Shown piece by piece: positions 10,155-19,458 of a stretch of DNA of 64,000 nt. Positions within the stretch are counted from its first letter, which is position 1, and every line of letters starts with the position of its first letter. Source of the stretch: a virus; the IMG/VR virus record IMGVR_UViG_3300048838_000628, positions 18,024 to 82,023 of that record. One strand, 5' to 3'. The translations under genes and the position numbers were made by a program. The notes below the pieces were generated by a model that was not told the DNA's origin, did no database searches, and saw only the letters and a list, made by a program, of their open reading frames with translations.

Positions 10155-10871
10155 TTGGAATACGTATTGGGTGACGGCATTGGGTACATTGATTTTGTAG
10201 ATATTATGCCGAAGCATGATTTACACGAATATTCAAATGGTGATAAAATCTCTACAATTGAAAAACGTGTTGTTGAGGCTGCACGTGTTAGTTTTGTTGG
10301 TGACGGGGCTTCAACGGAAGATAGAAATTTAGCACGTGATTTAAAGCTGCTTAAGTTCTTACTTGCAAACGGGCATACGACGCCACTAGAACACGTTAAC
10401 GTTACAATGGCTATCAAAACACCGCTGTTTGTCAGCAAACAGATAATGAGGCATAGGACTTGGAGCTTTAACGAAATCTCACGACGATATACAAGCGTAG
10501 AACCTGAATTCTATATTCCCAAACAGTTTCGCAAACAAACGCTTACTAATCGTCAAGGTTCTGGTGAGTTTATGAAAGATAAGCAAAACGCTTTCTTTGC
10601 TGGCTCTTTAACAGAGCTTTGCGAAAACGCTGTAATAACATATAACTACGCAATCTCACAAGGTATGAGTAAAGAACTTGCACGTATGTGGCTACCACAA
10701 AACATGTACACTTGTCTTGTTGGAACTGTTGATTTAAAAAACATGATTGATTTTGTTAATAAACGTGTTGCTACAGACGCACAATGGGAGATTAGAGTTT
10801 ATGCTGCCGCTATGCAAAGATATATCGCCAAGGTTGCGCCTAATATAGCAATTCTATTGTGGGCATTATGA
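10155..10871 (+). CDS. thyX: flavin-dependent thymidylate synthase
   Basis: AARVS, HTTPLEH, signature RHRTWSFNEISRRY, ELARMWLP, AQWEIR. Confidence 0.97.
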   Translation: MEYVLGDGIGYIDFVDIMPKHDLHEYSNGDKISTIEKRVVEAARVSFVGDGASTEDRNLARDLKLLKFLLANGHTTPLEHVNVTMAIKTPLFVSKQIMRHRTWSFNEISRRYTSVEPEFYIPKQFRKQTLTNRQGSGEFMKDKQNAFFAGSLTELCENAVITYNYAISQGMSKELARMWLPQNMYTCLVGTVDLKNMIDFVNKRVATDAQWEIRVYAAAMQRYIAKVAPNIAILLWAL

Positions 10872-11113
10872 AAAACTTAATCTCTCTTTATAAGCAAAAA
10901 GAAACGTTAGAAACTCGTGTTGTTTTTTTAGAGGAACAAATTTTAAACTGGGGAGCTGACGGGTTTACTGATATTTATAATAGTCGCGAAGAATATGTAA
11001 GAGCAACATCTGAACTAGAAGAAATAAAAGATCATTTAATTAAACTAGAGGAAAAGATAGAATATGAACTCGGAAGAAAGATTATACGTAGAAACAAGAA
11101 TGAATGGAGCTGA
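10859..11113 (+). CDS. hypothetical coiled-coil protein
   Basis: In-operon ORF. Confidence 0.6.
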   Translation: MGIMKNLISLYKQKETLETRVVFLEEQILNWGADGFTDIYNSREEYVRATSELEEIKDHLIKLEEKIEYELGRKIIRRNKNEWS

Positions 11114-11387
11114 TCTGTTTGAAAAGCGTGATTATGATATTCACTTTCAAGCAGAGTTTGAAACTCCAGACAACATCGCTATTTATATCAGCTTTGCAAT
11201 TGAAAACTCTATAGTTGCAGGCTTTACTGTAAATCTAGAATTCTATGAAGATCAAGAACTAACTACAGATGTTCTTCATGAAGCTATTGAGCATTTTATT
11301 GGTGAGAATATGGCTACACAACAGCAGATTGATAGACTTTATCTACGGGTAACTACAGAAAATTATAATACCGGAATGGTGCATTAA
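11064..11387 (+). CDS. hypothetical acidic protein
   Basis: In-operon ORF. Confidence 0.6.
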   Translation: MNSEERLYVETRMNGADLFEKRDYDIHFQAEFETPDNIAIYISFAIENSIVAGFTVNLEFYEDQELTTDVLHEAIEHFIGENMATQQQIDRLYLRVTTENYNTGMVH

Positions 11388-11671
11388 TGTCATTAGATTT
11401 AAATAATAATCCAGAGTACAAGCATTTTAAAGAAATGCTGGCACAGCTTGTATCGGCACTTGATGATCCTAAGTACACAGAGTTTGAAGCACTTGCCAAA
11501 GAACTTACTGACGAGCAAATGCTAAGAATTTTTTATCACAAAGTTAGTCATCAAGTTTTAGGCGCAATTACAGTTGATCCATATTCAGAGCCAATTTTGC
11601 TTTATGATTTAAATATGTTTATGATGTTCTTAAGGGAGCGATATGAAGGCATTCATTCTACCGGGGAGTAA
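11387..11671 (+). CDS. hypothetical protein
   Basis: TAATG coupling to the upstream gene. Confidence 0.65.
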   Translation: MSLDLNNNPEYKHFKEMLAQLVSALDDPKYTEFEALAKELTDEQMLRIFYHKVSHQVLGAITVDPYSEPILLYDLNMFMMFLRERYEGIHSTGE

Positions 11672-12149
11672 TATTCTTTCACCTAATAACGGTGATGCAG
11701 GTTATGATTTAACATTTAATAGCGAATTATACACAAAAGATTCTACTTTAGAAGTTACGTCACCACTTGCTGAAGTTTGCTGTTATGGCGGGGCTTTGCA
11801 CTTTTCTACACTAAACGAACCATCTTATTTTCGTGTATTGATTAATACAGGTGTAGCAGTACAAACGCCACATGGACATTTTGGCAAAATCTTAGATCGC
11901 AGCTCTATGGCTAAGAAAGGATTTTATATTAGCGGCGGTGTAATTGATAACGGATACCGTGGATTTATTCATATTATTTTTAATCTAATTCTTGGTGCCG
12001 ATGATTTTCGTGTTATTGCTCATGGGGACAAGATTGCCCAAATGGTTATTCTGCCGCATAATAATACAGAACTATTTCTTGTCGACACTATCGAAGATTT
12101 AACTCCTACCGTAAGAGGCGCTAAAGGTTTTGGGAGTACAGGACGATGA
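11643..12149 (+). CDS. dut: trimeric dUTPase
   Basis: Five motifs: AGYDL, DRSSMA, GVIDNGYRG, GDKIAQM, RGAKGFGSTG. Confidence 0.96.
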   Translation: MKAFILPGSNILSPNNGDAGYDLTFNSELYTKDSTLEVTSPLAEVCCYGGALHFSTLNEPSYFRVLINTGVAVQTPHGHFGKILDRSSMAKKGFYISGGVIDNGYRGFIHIIFNLILGADDFRVIAHGDKIAQMVILPHNNTELFLVDTIEDLTPTVRGAKGFGSTGR

Positions 12150-12379
12150 GTATTTTTATGTTGCTATTCACAAAACACATTCAACGAAGACTAAATGATT
12201 ATGACCAGACTTTGCTACAAGAGATTAAAGATTTAACTGGTAAAGACGTTTCGGCACTTCAGCACTATAGCATGAATTATATTGTTGCTGAACTAGAAGC
12301 GGGCAAGCAATTTGCTTTAGCCAACAGGCTTAAAGAGGCGATGAGAGAAGTTTATAAAGGTTTGAATGATGACATCTAA
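12146..12379 (+). CDS. hypothetical protein
   Basis: ATGA overlap. Confidence 0.6.
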   Translation: MSIFMLLFTKHIQRRLNDYDQTLLQEIKDLTGKDVSALQHYSMNYIVAELEAGKQFALANRLKEAMREVYKGLNDDI

Positions 12380-12617
12380 ATTATATATTGCCTATACAGA
12401 ATATCAACCAGAAGATAACGAAGAACATTCTTCGCGCATTATCGGTATTTTTGATACCAAAGAAGGAGCAGCCGAATGTTTGATTGTTTGGATGGATCAC
12501 ATGAGAGAGATTAATAAAAAGCACGGCGATAGAGCAGATTATTTTACTAATAAAGACAAGCCAATGATTGTTGAAGTTGAACTAAATATGCCTATCAAAT
12601 ACGGACTTATTATATGA
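12366..12617 (+). CDS. hypothetical protein
   Basis: IIGIFDTKEGA motif typical of small phage proteins. Confidence 0.6.
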   Translation: MMTSKLYIAYTEYQPEDNEEHSSRIIGIFDTKEGAAECLIVWMDHMREINKKHGDRADYFTNKDKPMIVEVELNMPIKYGLII

Positions 12618-13396
12618 AACCGTTTGGAATCGTTTACAGGGTTACAAACACTGTGAACGGGAAAACATATATAGGCATAACAACACGAAGTTTAAGTATA
12701 AGAAAGTCTGGACATTACAATAGAGCAAATAACGGTTCCAAAAACAAATTTCATAGAGCCTTGTTAAAACATCGAGAAGATTGTTTTGTTTGGGAAACAA
12801 TTTGCTCTTGTAATGATTTGCTGGAACTTGAAGAAAAAGAAAAATATTATATCTCGCTTTTTAAAGAAGATGAATTATATAATATAACTGAAGGCGGCAG
12901 AGTCGGTGCTTTAGGATACAAACATACAGATGAAGAAAGAAAAAGACGATCTGATAAATTAAAAACGGCTGGTGGTATTAGGCGCTCTGATAAATTAAAT
13001 AAGCCAATAGTTTGTATAAACAATAACGATGTGTTTGCTTCTATTTCTGATGCTGGAAGATTTTTTGATATATCCGATAAAAATATTGGCAAGTTGTTAA
13101 AAAGGGGATATGGAACTTTAAGAGGTCTAATGTTCAGATATGCAACAGAAAAAGAATGGGCAAATATTGACAAAGAAAAAACACAATATAACGAACAAGA
13201 ATTAAAAGAAATGAAAAAAGCTAACAGTTTAAAACCAAACGGTAGGCGAGTTAAGTGTTTAGAAGATGAACGTATATTTAAAAGCGCGTCAGAGGCGGCT
13301 AGATTTTATAAAATAAGAGCTGGCGGAATAACAAGAGTTTGTAGGGGTGAAAGAAACAAGTATTCTAATATGAGGTTTGTTTATGTGGACAACTAA
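12614..13396 (+). CDS. free-standing GIY-YIG homing endonuclease with NUMOD-type DNA-binding repeats
   Basis: GIVYRVTN...YIG, conserved R, E and YN; HTDEERKRRS; two IVCIN/VKCLE...F.S.S.A.RF repeats. Confidence 0.92.
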   Translation: MKPFGIVYRVTNTVNGKTYIGITTRSLSIRKSGHYNRANNGSKNKFHRALLKHREDCFVWETICSCNDLLELEEKEKYYISLFKEDELYNITEGGRVGALGYKHTDEERKRRSDKLKTAGGIRRSDKLNKPIVCINNNDVFASISDAGRFFDISDKNIGKLLKRGYGTLRGLMFRYATEKEWANIDKEKTQYNEQELKEMKKANSLKPNGRRVKCLEDERIFKSASEAARFYKIRAGGITRVCRGERNKYSNMRFVYVDN

Positions 13397-13850
13397 ATCA
13401 ACAGAAAAGAACGATGAGTTTACAACCGGCTCTAAACGTGGTAGTCAAGAAGGTAAAACAAGATACGATTTAATTGATCCGTATTTTCTCAAAGAACTTG
13501 GCGATCTTATGCACCGTGGTGAAAAAATATATGGAGAAAATAATTGGAAGTTGGGGCAGCCTATTTCAAGAACTTATGCTTCTTTGCTTAGACACACCGT
13601 AGAGCTTGTTTTGTATCCCAAAGATGAAGAAAATCATTTGGCGGCAATTGCTTATAATACAATGGTTATCATACATCATATAAGAGCCATTGCAGAAGGC
13701 GAGCTTCCAAGTGAACTGGCCGATACCGACTGGTCTAAGTTGTTAATTGAAAATTATAATGCCAGAAAATCGAACGCTACAGCCCCTAATTTAAACGATA
13801 GTGGCGATGTGGCTACGATCATAGCCGTAAACAAAAAAGATCGCTTGTAG
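13377..13850 (+). CDS. dATP/dGTP diphosphohydrolase-like protein (DUF5664-like)
   Basis: GSKR...GKTRYDLI...YGENNWKLG...SLLRH...ENHLAAIAYN. Confidence 0.8.
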   Translation: MFMWTTKSTEKNDEFTTGSKRGSQEGKTRYDLIDPYFLKELGDLMHRGEKIYGENNWKLGQPISRTYASLLRHTVELVLYPKDEENHLAAIAYNTMVIIHHIRAIAEGELPSELADTDWSKLLIENYNARKSNATAPNLNDSGDVATIIAVNKKDRL

Positions 13851-13868
13851 GGGCATCCAGAGGGCAAA

Positions 13869-14309
13869 ATGCATATCAAATCACAAGTAGTGTCGGACTC
13901 GGAGTTCTGCAATAAAGACATGAGTTATTCTGTAGTGCATTATAGCGACTTTAACAGAATGAACATGTTCGGGATTATTTTACATCACAGTCAGTTTATT
14001 AACTGTACGTTTCGTAATTGTGACTTTTCATATGCCGATTTATCCAGTTGTGATTTCATAGACTGTATATTTCATGACTGCGTATTCTATCGAGCAAATA
14101 TAGAAAACTGTAAAGGATTAGTTTATGACAACATTCGGTCTAGTACTTTTAAACCTTTTCTTTTTGGTGGTAGTGTTGTTTACTGGACGGAAAAGGCAAT
14201 AGGCGACAAGAGGTTTATTGTAAATTACTACGAAGATATTCTTCTAGAGGATGAACTAAACGAGCTAGAAGAACGCTTTAAAGCTTTTATCAACCGAAAT
14301 AGTATATAA
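13869..14309 (+). CDS. pentapeptide-repeat protein
   Basis: FINCT-FRNCD-FSYAD-LSSCD-FIDCI-FHDCV-FYRAN. Confidence 0.85.
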   Translation: MHIKSQVVSDSEFCNKDMSYSVVHYSDFNRMNMFGIILHHSQFINCTFRNCDFSYADLSSCDFIDCIFHDCVFYRANIENCKGLVYDNIRSSTFKPFLFGGSVVYWTEKAIGDKRFIVNYYEDILLEDELNELEERFKAFINRNSI

Positions 14310-14339
14310 AAAACTGGGGAGCTTGCGCTCCCCTTTTTT
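14308..14339. terminator. intrinsic terminator between convergent blocks (possibly bidirectional)
   Basis: GGGGAGC-ttgc-GCTCCCC followed by T6 and preceded by an A-run. Confidence 0.85.
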
Positions 14340-14344
14340 GATTC

Positions 14345-15664
14345 CTAGCTATTCTTACTAATAAGCCTTTGCTTCAAACTCTCTGTTAGTTCAATCTCTG
14401 AAGCTAGGTTTATGCTTCCACCAGCGTCCATTGGCACAAATGCATTAGGGCTAATAGAATAAGCAGTCCAACCTAATTCAAGATTGCCGTTTCTAGGATT
14501 GATAAACAAATAAGCGCGCCAATCGTAGCCATTCATGCGAACGTTTGATTTAACAAATTCGTATCCTACTTGATCTTTCTGAAGATTAAATAAGATACTA
14601 GCCGACGTAGTTGGTGAGGTGCGAAAACGTAATGAATCGCTACCAGTATACATAATCTTTCTTAGTTCTCCACCTAGAGCCATATTTATCTCCTTCTGTT
14701 CCTCGTTACTAAAATCTCCATAACATAATTGTTCTATTAGCTTCTCATAACCAGATATATCATAATACTCTTTCCACACTCCTTGTCCACCCCAACAAAA
14801 ATAGCAAACACCTTTTATGTTTATTTCTTTCTTGTATAGAGCGTTCCAAACAGATTGTAATTGCAAGAAAGCATATTGCTCCCAAGAAGCAAGATCAGTT
14901 TTCCATGTCATGAAAGCAAGAATAGATTTGCCTATTCCCATATGAGATGGCGAAAATCCTGGAACGGATGACTGATAATTATAATAAGCGTGAATTGTGT
15001 CAAAGCCCCATTCGGTTATAATGATGTTTGGCAAATTGCCAAAGTTTGCAATACAGTAATCGTTTATGTGTTTAAATCTACCAAATAGATTTGGCCGAGT
15101 GTGATTTAAGTCTTTAACCCATTTTTGATAATCTGTACTGCCACCATATTCTGCATACCAGTTTGTTGCTGCATATTCATGTAGACCAAGATAAAGATAA
15201 TCTGGATTATCGCAAATAAGTTTAAACAAAGGTTTTAGCATTTCATACTGTGCAGGATTATTATTAGGAGTTTCTGGTGTTCCTACAGAGAAGTTGCATA
15301 AAACAACTTTAGTTTTATTTTTAATTGCTATCTTAGCGCACTCTATTTCCCAATCAACCATGGCTTTTGTAATAGCAGGCTCGTTGTTGGTGTGCAAGAC
15401 AAGTCCATAATTTGCGGCTGCTGAATAAATGTTCCACCACGTTTCAGGCGATATTTGCATCCATAAGTTATCTTGGTTAGGAAGGGCCATATCTCGATAT
15501 ATGACGTTCATATAAGGGAACCTGCCTTTCATCTCAGCAGCAAAAGGCATAGAGTTTATAACCAGAATACTTTCTGGCTGGTCAACAGATAAATAACTAA
15601 TTAAATCTGTTTTTTGCTTATCTGTTATAAACAAACCATCTATGTTAAGCCCCATGCGTTTCAT
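14345..15664 (-). CDS. clan GH-A-like glycoside hydrolase with C-terminal SH3b; putative endolysin
   Basis: NNEP (acid/base), LGLHEY, IIITEWG (nucleophile); LRFRTSPTTSASIL...GYDW SH3-like; next to the holin. Confidence 0.72.
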   Translation of the reverse strand: MKRMGLNIDGLFITDKQKTDLISYLSVDQPESILVINSMPFAAEMKGRFPYMNVIYRDMALPNQDNLWMQISPETWWNIYSAAANYGLVLHTNNEPAITKAMVDWEIECAKIAIKNKTKVVLCNFSVGTPETPNNNPAQYEMLKPLFKLICDNPDYLYLGLHEYAATNWYAEYGGSTDYQKWVKDLNHTRPNLFGRFKHINDYCIANFGNLPNIIITEWGFDTIHAYYNYQSSVPGFSPSHMGIGKSILAFMTWKTDLASWEQYAFLQLQSVWNALYKKEINIKGVCYFCWGGQGVWKEYYDISGYEKLIEQLCYGDFSNEEQKEINMALGGELRKIMYTGSDSLRFRTSPTTSASILFNLQKDQVGYEFVKSNVRMNGYDWRAYLFINPRNGNLELGWTAYSISPNAFVPMDAGGSINLASEIELTESLKQRLISKNS

Positions 15665-16371
15665 TTTTTTTTACCCTTTAAATACATACCTTGAAAGGGC
15701 ATGTTACTACCTGTGCCAAGTTGTGCTATAGCTTCGGCAAAAGACTGTACAGAGTAGCGCATGTAGGCTCTTGTGTTTGGATCGTGAGTTATAATATCCC
15801 CATCGTATCCAACAACAACTAAGAAATGTCCGTAATTTTTGCCCCTAATTAGCTTGTCATAGTTCACAAGCATTAGAACAGGAATGTTCTGATACACGCT
15901 TTTTAATATCTTACTCATATGCAAAGGCCGAAAATATTCTGGCGAGTAATTATGTTTCTTTGCTAAATATATTAACTGGTTAAAACTAACAAAGTCCCTA
16001 CCAATTAATTGTATATCAGAGGCCAAATCGTTAACAGAGCGATCAAACCCGTTTATGTTTCGCATTAAAATAGATAGAGATGCAAGACCGCAGTCATTAG
16101 GATGTTTGCTGCTGTCGGCATCATTTTGTGAGACATAATCTGTAGTTATAACGTGTTCTTTTAGCTCCACATAATCATGTACGTCTTTGTGTACCCAAAA
16201 GTCCTTACCGTTGTAATTGTAATTGACCCATTTTTCGTTCTCTTGTATATATTCGGCAATCACACCAATTGATGTTAAATACCATTCAACACGAGAATTA
16301 ATGTCTGGTGCAGCACGACAATTAACATGACTGTGGTTGCTTGCCCCTAACGCATTTATATAAACTTGCAT
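15661..16371 (-). CDS. SH3b + C39-like cysteine peptidase; putative endolysin
   Basis: VNCRAAPD SH3; SQ...DCGLAS, GHFLVVVGYD, HDP triad; AAGGAGG RBS. Confidence 0.85.
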   Translation of the reverse strand: MQVYINALGASNHSHVNCRAAPDINSRVEWYLTSIGVIAEYIQENEKWVNYNYNGKDFWVHKDVHDYVELKEHVITTDYVSQNDADSSKHPNDCGLASLSILMRNINGFDRSVNDLASDIQLIGRDFVSFNQLIYLAKKHNYSPEYFRPLHMSKILKSVYQNIPVLMLVNYDKLIRGKNYGHFLVVVGYDGDIITHDPNTRAYMRYSVQSFAEAIAQLGTGSNMPFQGMYLKGKKK

Positions 16372-16382
16372 AGCGCCTCCTT

Positions 16383-16410
16383 AAAAAGATGGGGCGGCTT
16401 TCGCCGCCCA
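16383..16410 (-). terminator. intrinsic terminator/attenuator between holin and lysins
   Basis: GGGCGGC-gaaa-GCCGCCC then ATCTTTTT on the minus strand. Confidence 0.7.
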
Positions 16411-16436
16411 CTAGGGGAATCTAGTTGAAACGGTGA

Positions 16437-16850
16437 TTAACCGATTCTCTGTAATTGTGAAGCTGCTTCGTGCTTAGAAATCTTTTCTTCAGAAATCTGT
16501 GCTTTAGTAGCATCTAACAGCGATTCAATAACGCTTTCTAGCAGATCAATAGATACTTCTTCATATCCTTGTTCCGCAAGCCACTGACGAGCCTTATCTG
16601 TAGCAAGGCGTAACTTTTCTTTTGCTTCAAGTTTAAGCTCTGCACCAACAATTTCAGCGATACGAATACCGAAACGAGCAGCGCTTTCATAAGCCAAGCG
16701 TACATCTTCAGGACGTGACATAAGAAATTCTTCCCAACGGCCACGAACCCAAACAGTAACATATCCAACCACTACCGGAACAAGAACCGCCACAAGTGCC
16801 GCCAGAAGGTTGATAAGGTTTTGCAGAACTGGCGTCCAATCAATTTCCAT
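16437..16850 (-). CDS. holin (LL-H-like)
   Basis: Single N-terminal TM; A..G.RIAE...EK...A...L....IES pattern. Confidence 0.75.
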   Translation of the reverse strand: MEIDWTPVLQNLINLLAALVAVLVPVVVGYVTVWVRGRWEEFLMSRPEDVRLAYESAARFGIRIAEIVGAELKLEAKEKLRLATDKARQWLAEQGYEEVSIDLLESVIESLLDATKAQISEEKISKHEAASQLQRIG

Positions 16851-17496
16851 TTTGAATCTCCTTTAACTGTCTTTCTAATTTACTGATAACGATTTCTTTT
16901 TCTCGTAACTGTATTTCTAAGGTTTCAATAACGGTCACAAGCTCTTTGTTTAAAATAGTTAATCGCTCAACTTCTTTACGTAAGCTTTCCATCTCATTGC
17001 TCATCTCACTCACTTGCTGTTTAAGACTCATTATAACAAACGAATTTTTTGTTGCAGTTTCAAGTCTCTGATTGGCTTGCTTTAAATCTTCAATGAGATT
17101 ATCGACTTTTCTTTGTAGCTCTTTGCGTTGTTCTTCGTTAACAGCAAACTCTTTCTTTGTTTCTTCAAGCTCTTGTTTAATTGCTTGACGATATTCTTGG
17201 CTATCTCGCAGCAACATCTCCTGCATCATGTTAGCCATTAAAGTTCGGTTTTTAATTTCTTCTGAATATGTCGTTTCAGCATTTTGCGCCTTAAGCATTT
17301 CTACTTCATCTCTATTTTTAGCAGCAGCAATACGATTACGCCAGTAGAGAAAAAGTATTAAAATGAAATTTAAGACTACGGCAGAAATAACATATGAGAT
17401 ATTATTAGAAGAAGCTGTTTGAAGTTCTTGCAAGAGTTTTAGAAACTCGTTAATCTCCTGCCCCATCTGATTCGTTACTATCGTTGCTAGCGGCAT
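16840..17496 (-). CDS. membrane-anchored coiled-coil protein in lysis cassette
   Basis: One TM followed by a long heptad coiled coil. Confidence 0.7.
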   Translation of the reverse strand: MPLATIVTNQMGQEINEFLKLLQELQTASSNNISYVISAVVLNFILILFLYWRNRIAAAKNRDEVEMLKAQNAETTYSEEIKNRTLMANMMQEMLLRDSQEYRQAIKQELEETKKEFAVNEEQRKELQRKVDNLIEDLKQANQRLETATKNSFVIMSLKQQVSEMSNEMESLRKEVERLTILNKELVTVIETLEIQLREKEIVISKLERQLKEIQNGN

Positions 17497-17635
17497 TAAA
17501 AACTCCTAACAGTTGTAAGAACAGTTCGGCAATGGTTTTATTCTTACCATCGTCTAACCTATAAGTTGTGCCGGAAGGCGTATTTGCAAGAACCAGTAAA
17601 ACCTCGCGCAGCAATTCTTCTTTAATTTTTACCAT
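17450..17635 (-). CDS. small protein downstream of fibre (possible fibre chaperone)
   Basis: AAGGGG RBS before MVKIKEE; position. Confidence 0.55.
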   Translation of the reverse strand: MVKIKEELLREVLLVLANTPSGTTYRLDDGKNKTIAELFLQLLGVFNAASNDSNESDGAGD

Positions 17636-17652
17636 TTTATTTCCCCTTTTTA

Positions 17653-19452
17653 TTATGCCAACATTGTTTCTTTTGCTACCCAAACTGAACTTTCACGACG
17701 CTCAAAAGCAAGATTGTTGCCGTCTTTAATAATGCGCCATGTGCCGTCTACGGCGGGATCGCCTAAGTAGAAAGCGGCTTCGCTTCGTACACCGTCGACA
17801 TTGACGCTACCACGCTCAACACCAGCGGTTAAGAATTTAATCTTATTAGAACCAGTTAGCGCAAGACTTCCAGTTGAAACTGTTTCAATAAATGCATCGC
17901 CAGCAGCAATACCGGCAGTGGTCGTATAACTTGCACCAGCAACACCGGCATACATATAGGGATTACCAAAGCGCGAAATACGAATAAAAGCCCTACCGTT
18001 AGTTGTATTGCTATCAAAACCTGCGATAACGCTATCGCCATCTCGGAACACACCTAGCTTAGCATCTGTTGATTCTGTGCCAAGAAGCAAAGAACCATTG
18101 CTACCTTCTGGAATAAATCTAGCCACACGTCTTGTGCCACCAGAATTATTTACGTTAATATCAAGGCAACCAACACGAGAAGCATGATTGCTTACTAGCC
18201 AGAAGTAATTTAGACTACCAATTTCTGTATCTTCAGTTGTTGATGTTTCAACAGCAGCTTGTATTTTTAGACCAATTCCATCAGCAGGTGTTCCAGTAGT
18301 GTTTTTGGTGAACCTAATAATTTCAGAAGTGCTATTGTTTAGCGCATCTTCAAGTAAATAATCACCACCACCTCCAACAGAAGCATTGATAATAGGATTA
18401 AGCGGGTCTGTGTTATCAACAGTAACGTTTGTTCCGGCTACAACACTTTCTAGTTTAGAATCGAGTGCAGCATCTAAATCTGTTTGATCTGATAACGTAC
18501 CCGTAATGCTTCCCCAAGTACCACCACCGCCAGACATTGTTTCAATCTTATCTCTGATAGCGTTTTTGGTAGGAGCATCCGTATTCCCATTCCATGTAGT
18601 GGCGTCATAAGCATCATCAGATACGTTGATAATCGTAGGCTTGTTTAATATCTGTGCGTCACCAGAAACAGCGTCCCAGTCAGCGTTTACATTAGCTTCT
18701 GCTGTAGTGCTGATAATGGGGTTATTTGGATCGGTATTATCAACAGAGACAAGACCCGTTCCAGAAACTCCATCAACCTTAGCATCAAGAGCAAGCTGCA
18801 AATCTGTCTGGTCGCTTAGTGTTCCAGCAATATCGCCCCAATCAGGTGAACCGCTAGTGGCCGGTTTATCTTCTAAAATCCAGTCGCTACCAGCAGTACG
18901 GTAAACGAGAATTTTGCCATCCGTAGGGCTTCCTACTGTGCTATCTAAAGGTGTACCACGCAAAGCCACAACAGTTAATGCGCCAGAACCAGTAGCATCA
19001 CCTGTGTGCGTAGCATTATTTACAATAGTCGGCTTATTAAGAATTTGCGCATCACCTGATACCGCATTCCAATCTGCGTTAACGTTTACTTCAGCACCAG
19101 TAGCAATACCAGAGAGTTTTGTTTTCTCTGTTGCCGTAAAGACTTTATTTGTAGTTCCGTCTGTGTGATTGTCCGTATCAAATGCATCACCAGATACACC
19201 TTGAGGGTCATACGTAGCAATAAGCATGTCCCCAAGACCTGAAGCGGCTGCGAATTCAAGGCCGTCCTCTGTGTTATTAACAACCACAACTTGACCAGAA
19301 GCACCAGTGTAATCGCTTGGCGTGTCTGTAAGATCAAGAAATTCTTCAGCACCACCGCCACCATTTGTTTCTAAATCATTTACAAAATTTGTTAAAGTGT
19401 TTAACCACGCTCTTAAATCAAAAGGATTGCGCGGTGGCTGAACTATAGGCAT
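17653..19452 (-). CDS. tail fibre protein 1 with internal repeats
   Basis: G/T/D-rich; NVNADWxAVSGDAQILNKPTI x2, WGxIxGTLSDQTDL x2, VDNTDPxNPII x2. Confidence 0.85.
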   Translation of the reverse strand: MPIVQPPRNPFDLRAWLNTLTNFVNDLETNGGGGAEEFLDLTDTPSDYTGASGQVVVVNNTEDGLEFAAASGLGDMLIATYDPQGVSGDAFDTDNHTDGTTNKVFTATEKTKLSGIATGAEVNVNADWNAVSGDAQILNKPTIVNNATHTGDATGSGALTVVALRGTPLDSTVGSPTDGKILVYRTAGSDWILEDKPATSGSPDWGDIAGTLSDQTDLQLALDAKVDGVSGTGLVSVDNTDPNNPIISTTAEANVNADWDAVSGDAQILNKPTIINVSDDAYDATTWNGNTDAPTKNAIRDKIETMSGGGGTWGSITGTLSDQTDLDAALDSKLESVVAGTNVTVDNTDPLNPIINASVGGGGDYLLEDALNNSTSEIIRFTKNTTGTPADGIGLKIQAAVETSTTEDTEIGSLNYFWLVSNHASRVGCLDINVNNSGGTRRVARFIPEGSNGSLLLGTESTDAKLGVFRDGDSVIAGFDSNTTNGRAFIRISRFGNPYMYAGVAGASYTTTAGIAAGDAFIETVSTGSLALTGSNKIKFLTAGVERGSVNVDGVRSEAAFYLGDPAVDGTWRIIKDGNNLAFERRESSVWVAKETMLA

Positions 19453-19458
19453 AGTTTT

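Noticed and set aside
13377-13850. 2-aminoadenine (Z) genome pathway
   Set aside because: No PurZ in the window; this hydrolase family is widespread in phages; adenine methyltransferases imply normal adenine.
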